In this document: in pieces, positions 61,801 through 64,000 of the stretch
Layout: each line of letters begins with the position of its first letter
Position numbering within the stretch: the stretch's first letter is position 1
Assembly: GCA_973895155.1 (NCBI GenBank)
Contig: OZ316895.1
Location: forward strand, 866,435 to 930,434
From: Marsupella aquatica
Taxonomy: Eukaryota; Plantae; Marchantiophyta
DNA length: 64,000 bases
Reading direction: 5' to 3'
Notes under the pieces: generated by a model
Seen by the model: the letters and a program-made list of their open reading frames with translations, nothing else
Told to the model about the DNA's origin: nothing
The model's database searches: none
Position numbers and translations under genes: made by a program

Positions 61801-63099
61801 ACACAATCTTGTTTTGATCGAGTAGTGAACTTTACTTCAAATAAAGTTAAAACTGCTCAGGTATACCATTTTTGTCCAGAAAACAATTGCAAAACAATTG
61901 CCCACTCTCATTGACGAGATCTACCTTTTGACCAGATATTGCCTTTTTCGTTAGGAAACAAATTCACACTAGGAGACAACTGTTGACGGTGGGGACAATT
62001 ACAAATATTGCTCCAAGTTTGAAGTACTCGAGTGATATCTGAGATTGTAACTTCTCGAAACGTTGCATCCTGCTTCCTTCTTGGGCAGGGAGGGGGAAAG
62101 GGGAGAGGGCATGCAAACACAAGGGCCGCATAACTGGCCATTGAAAAGAGGGTTTCCAACCTTCCAATGGTTTCCAGAGTTTCTTGTTTCAGTGTTGGAT
62201 TGTCTATAACGGAGGGCCCAAGGAGCTGTCTATTGTCTGGGGAGGGGACTATGTAGCTATAGGGGACGCATGGTACATCTGTACATGGCTATACCTTACT
62301 ACATCTAAGGAGCTTATAGTGGGGAATACTACTGTAGCATTGGCTGGAATTACTGTGGGTAACGGTGAGTGTGCTAAAATGACCCAAATTTGCCCAAAGA
62401 AGCATGATTTTGTGGTACTTCACTTGAGTACAGATTGATAGTAGTTCACTTGAGTAAAGATTGATAGATATTGGGTTTAACTATTGTGGTTGACTCTTGT
62501 GGTTGACTCTTATCTTTATGTGGTGTTTCACATATTTCTCCTTACTTTTTTAATTATTTCAAGTGACCCAAATGTTTTTCCCTATGGGCCCACTATTGTG
62601 AATTATGAAGCAAGAAATAGGAAGGAGGCTTTAGCGTTCCGACTCGACGACGCTGAATTGTTCCTCACCCGCATTTGGAACTCCCAATCTACAGTCGTCT
62701 CCTACGTTTAGGGAGCTCTTGTCACGAAACCAAAGTAGTTGTCACGTCCTGATAGCGGTAGTCATATCAGTTATCTAGAATTTTAGTTGTGCAAAGTATT
62801 CATGCACGCACCGGAATTTTGCATTCATGCACACTCCGGAATGGACCAAACAAGTCAAAACTGTGACTATATTATTTTGACTCCTCCTTTACCGAGTGAT
62901 TGATTGGACGAGAGTGGTGACGTAGTGGAGCTAGACCAATGCCATGAGGTGCTCGACTACACGTGAGTCTGATATTTATCCTGAGAATATACAGATATCC
63001 TTGGGGCCAGTATGTCATACTAATCAATGCAAATCACTTTTTCCTGATTCCTCGAATGATGAGTTACTGTGGAACAGTTCCAATAGAGTAGGAGAATTG

Positions 63100-63450
63100 C
63101 AGAGCCTGGGCTCCACCTGGTCTGGTCCACAGTGGTCCTCGATCGATGCTCCCCTTTCTCTGATTGCAGAACGCAAAAAACAACTTCAGCACTGAAGTCT
63201 AGGGACCTCTGCGAGCGTTAGTGATGGGATGACATCATAACGCCTCTTTTTACTCTCTCTCTCTCTCATTCCCAAAGTGCAGATCTCTCTCTAGAAGTGC
63301 ATGTAGACTTGTAGAGCCTCGGCTGGGCTCCACCGCCTCTAATCTTGATCAGCTCACATCTCTCTCTAGAATTGTAGTCTGGGCTCCACCCCTTCTATTT
63401 CTCGGAAGGATTGATCTCTCTAGACTCGCAGAGCCTTTGCTCCACCTCCC
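63100..63450. repeat. Degenerate short repeat array (CTCTCTAGA...CTGGGCTCCACC)
   Basis: Motif recurs near 63106, 63323, 63379 and 63436. Confidence 0.5.
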
Positions 63451-64000
63451 TACATAGCTACAGGCTACATCTGCCAGCGCCGGGCGCATCTCCTTTACCT
63501 TGTGTAGACAGCATCAGGTTCATCTTGACTACGCGGTTGCCCATACTTGTCATCTTAAGCAGGATAGTTGGCCGGATGCTGTCAATGACCACTTCGTAAA
63601 CTGCAATCCGGCTTCCCCGGCTGTCTGTTGAAAAGCCATCAAAACAGTGGCTTGCGGGCTGGGGGGTACTTATGTTTTGATAGGTTTTCATAATCATGAT
63701 TCTTTTATATTTCGATTGAAACTCTACTAAGCTTAGGAAACAAGGAGCAACCAATAACCCTGGTCAATCACCCTGGTTGCTCTGGGTTTCATTTGGGGTT
63801 TGGTTTCACTCTATTCAAATTAGAAGAAAAAGGAGCCACTCTTGTAGACTGAGTGACTTGCATGCCTAAAAAACAGAGCAACCAGTTACAATTCAGCTGC
63901 CTTTTTGGAAGCATTTTGGCTTCCACGAATGGAGTTGATACCTAAAGCGGTGTCTACCTGTCTGACGAGTTAGCAAGTGCAGTAGGCCAAAAAAGTAGTC

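Noticed and set aside
62720-63234. Gypsy-like LTR starting TGTCACG
   Set aside because: No matching TSD, PBS or PPT found.

Overview
Eukaryotic land-plant genomic DNA, probably a liverwort or other bryophyte (inferred from the GLK architecture and a mitochondrial rps19 fragment). Two intact spliced genes could be assembled by hand: a 5-exon TBC/Rab-GAP gene (+, 14239-17466, 510 aa) and an 11-exon GARP transcription factor (-, 31905-35834, 732 aa) that combines an APRR2-type pseudo-receiver domain with the GLK AREAEAA motif and GCT box. Most of the rest is transposon-derived. There is a young Ty1/copia element (3254-9300) nested in an older relative, which itself sits in a Helitron-like end. 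There is also an internally deleted third copy (25991-28616), two solo LTRs, a short tRNA-like SINE family (one copy split by a CRE/RLE-type LINE fragment), MITEs, a foldback element and decayed LINEs. The most interesting signal is an in-frame UGA exactly at the gag/pol boundary in all three copia copies from two diverged subfamilies, with downstream hairpins and a highly conserved structured leader. This suggests programmed readthrough or another recoding or splicing mechanism. All coordinates and alignments were read by eye; no searches were run.
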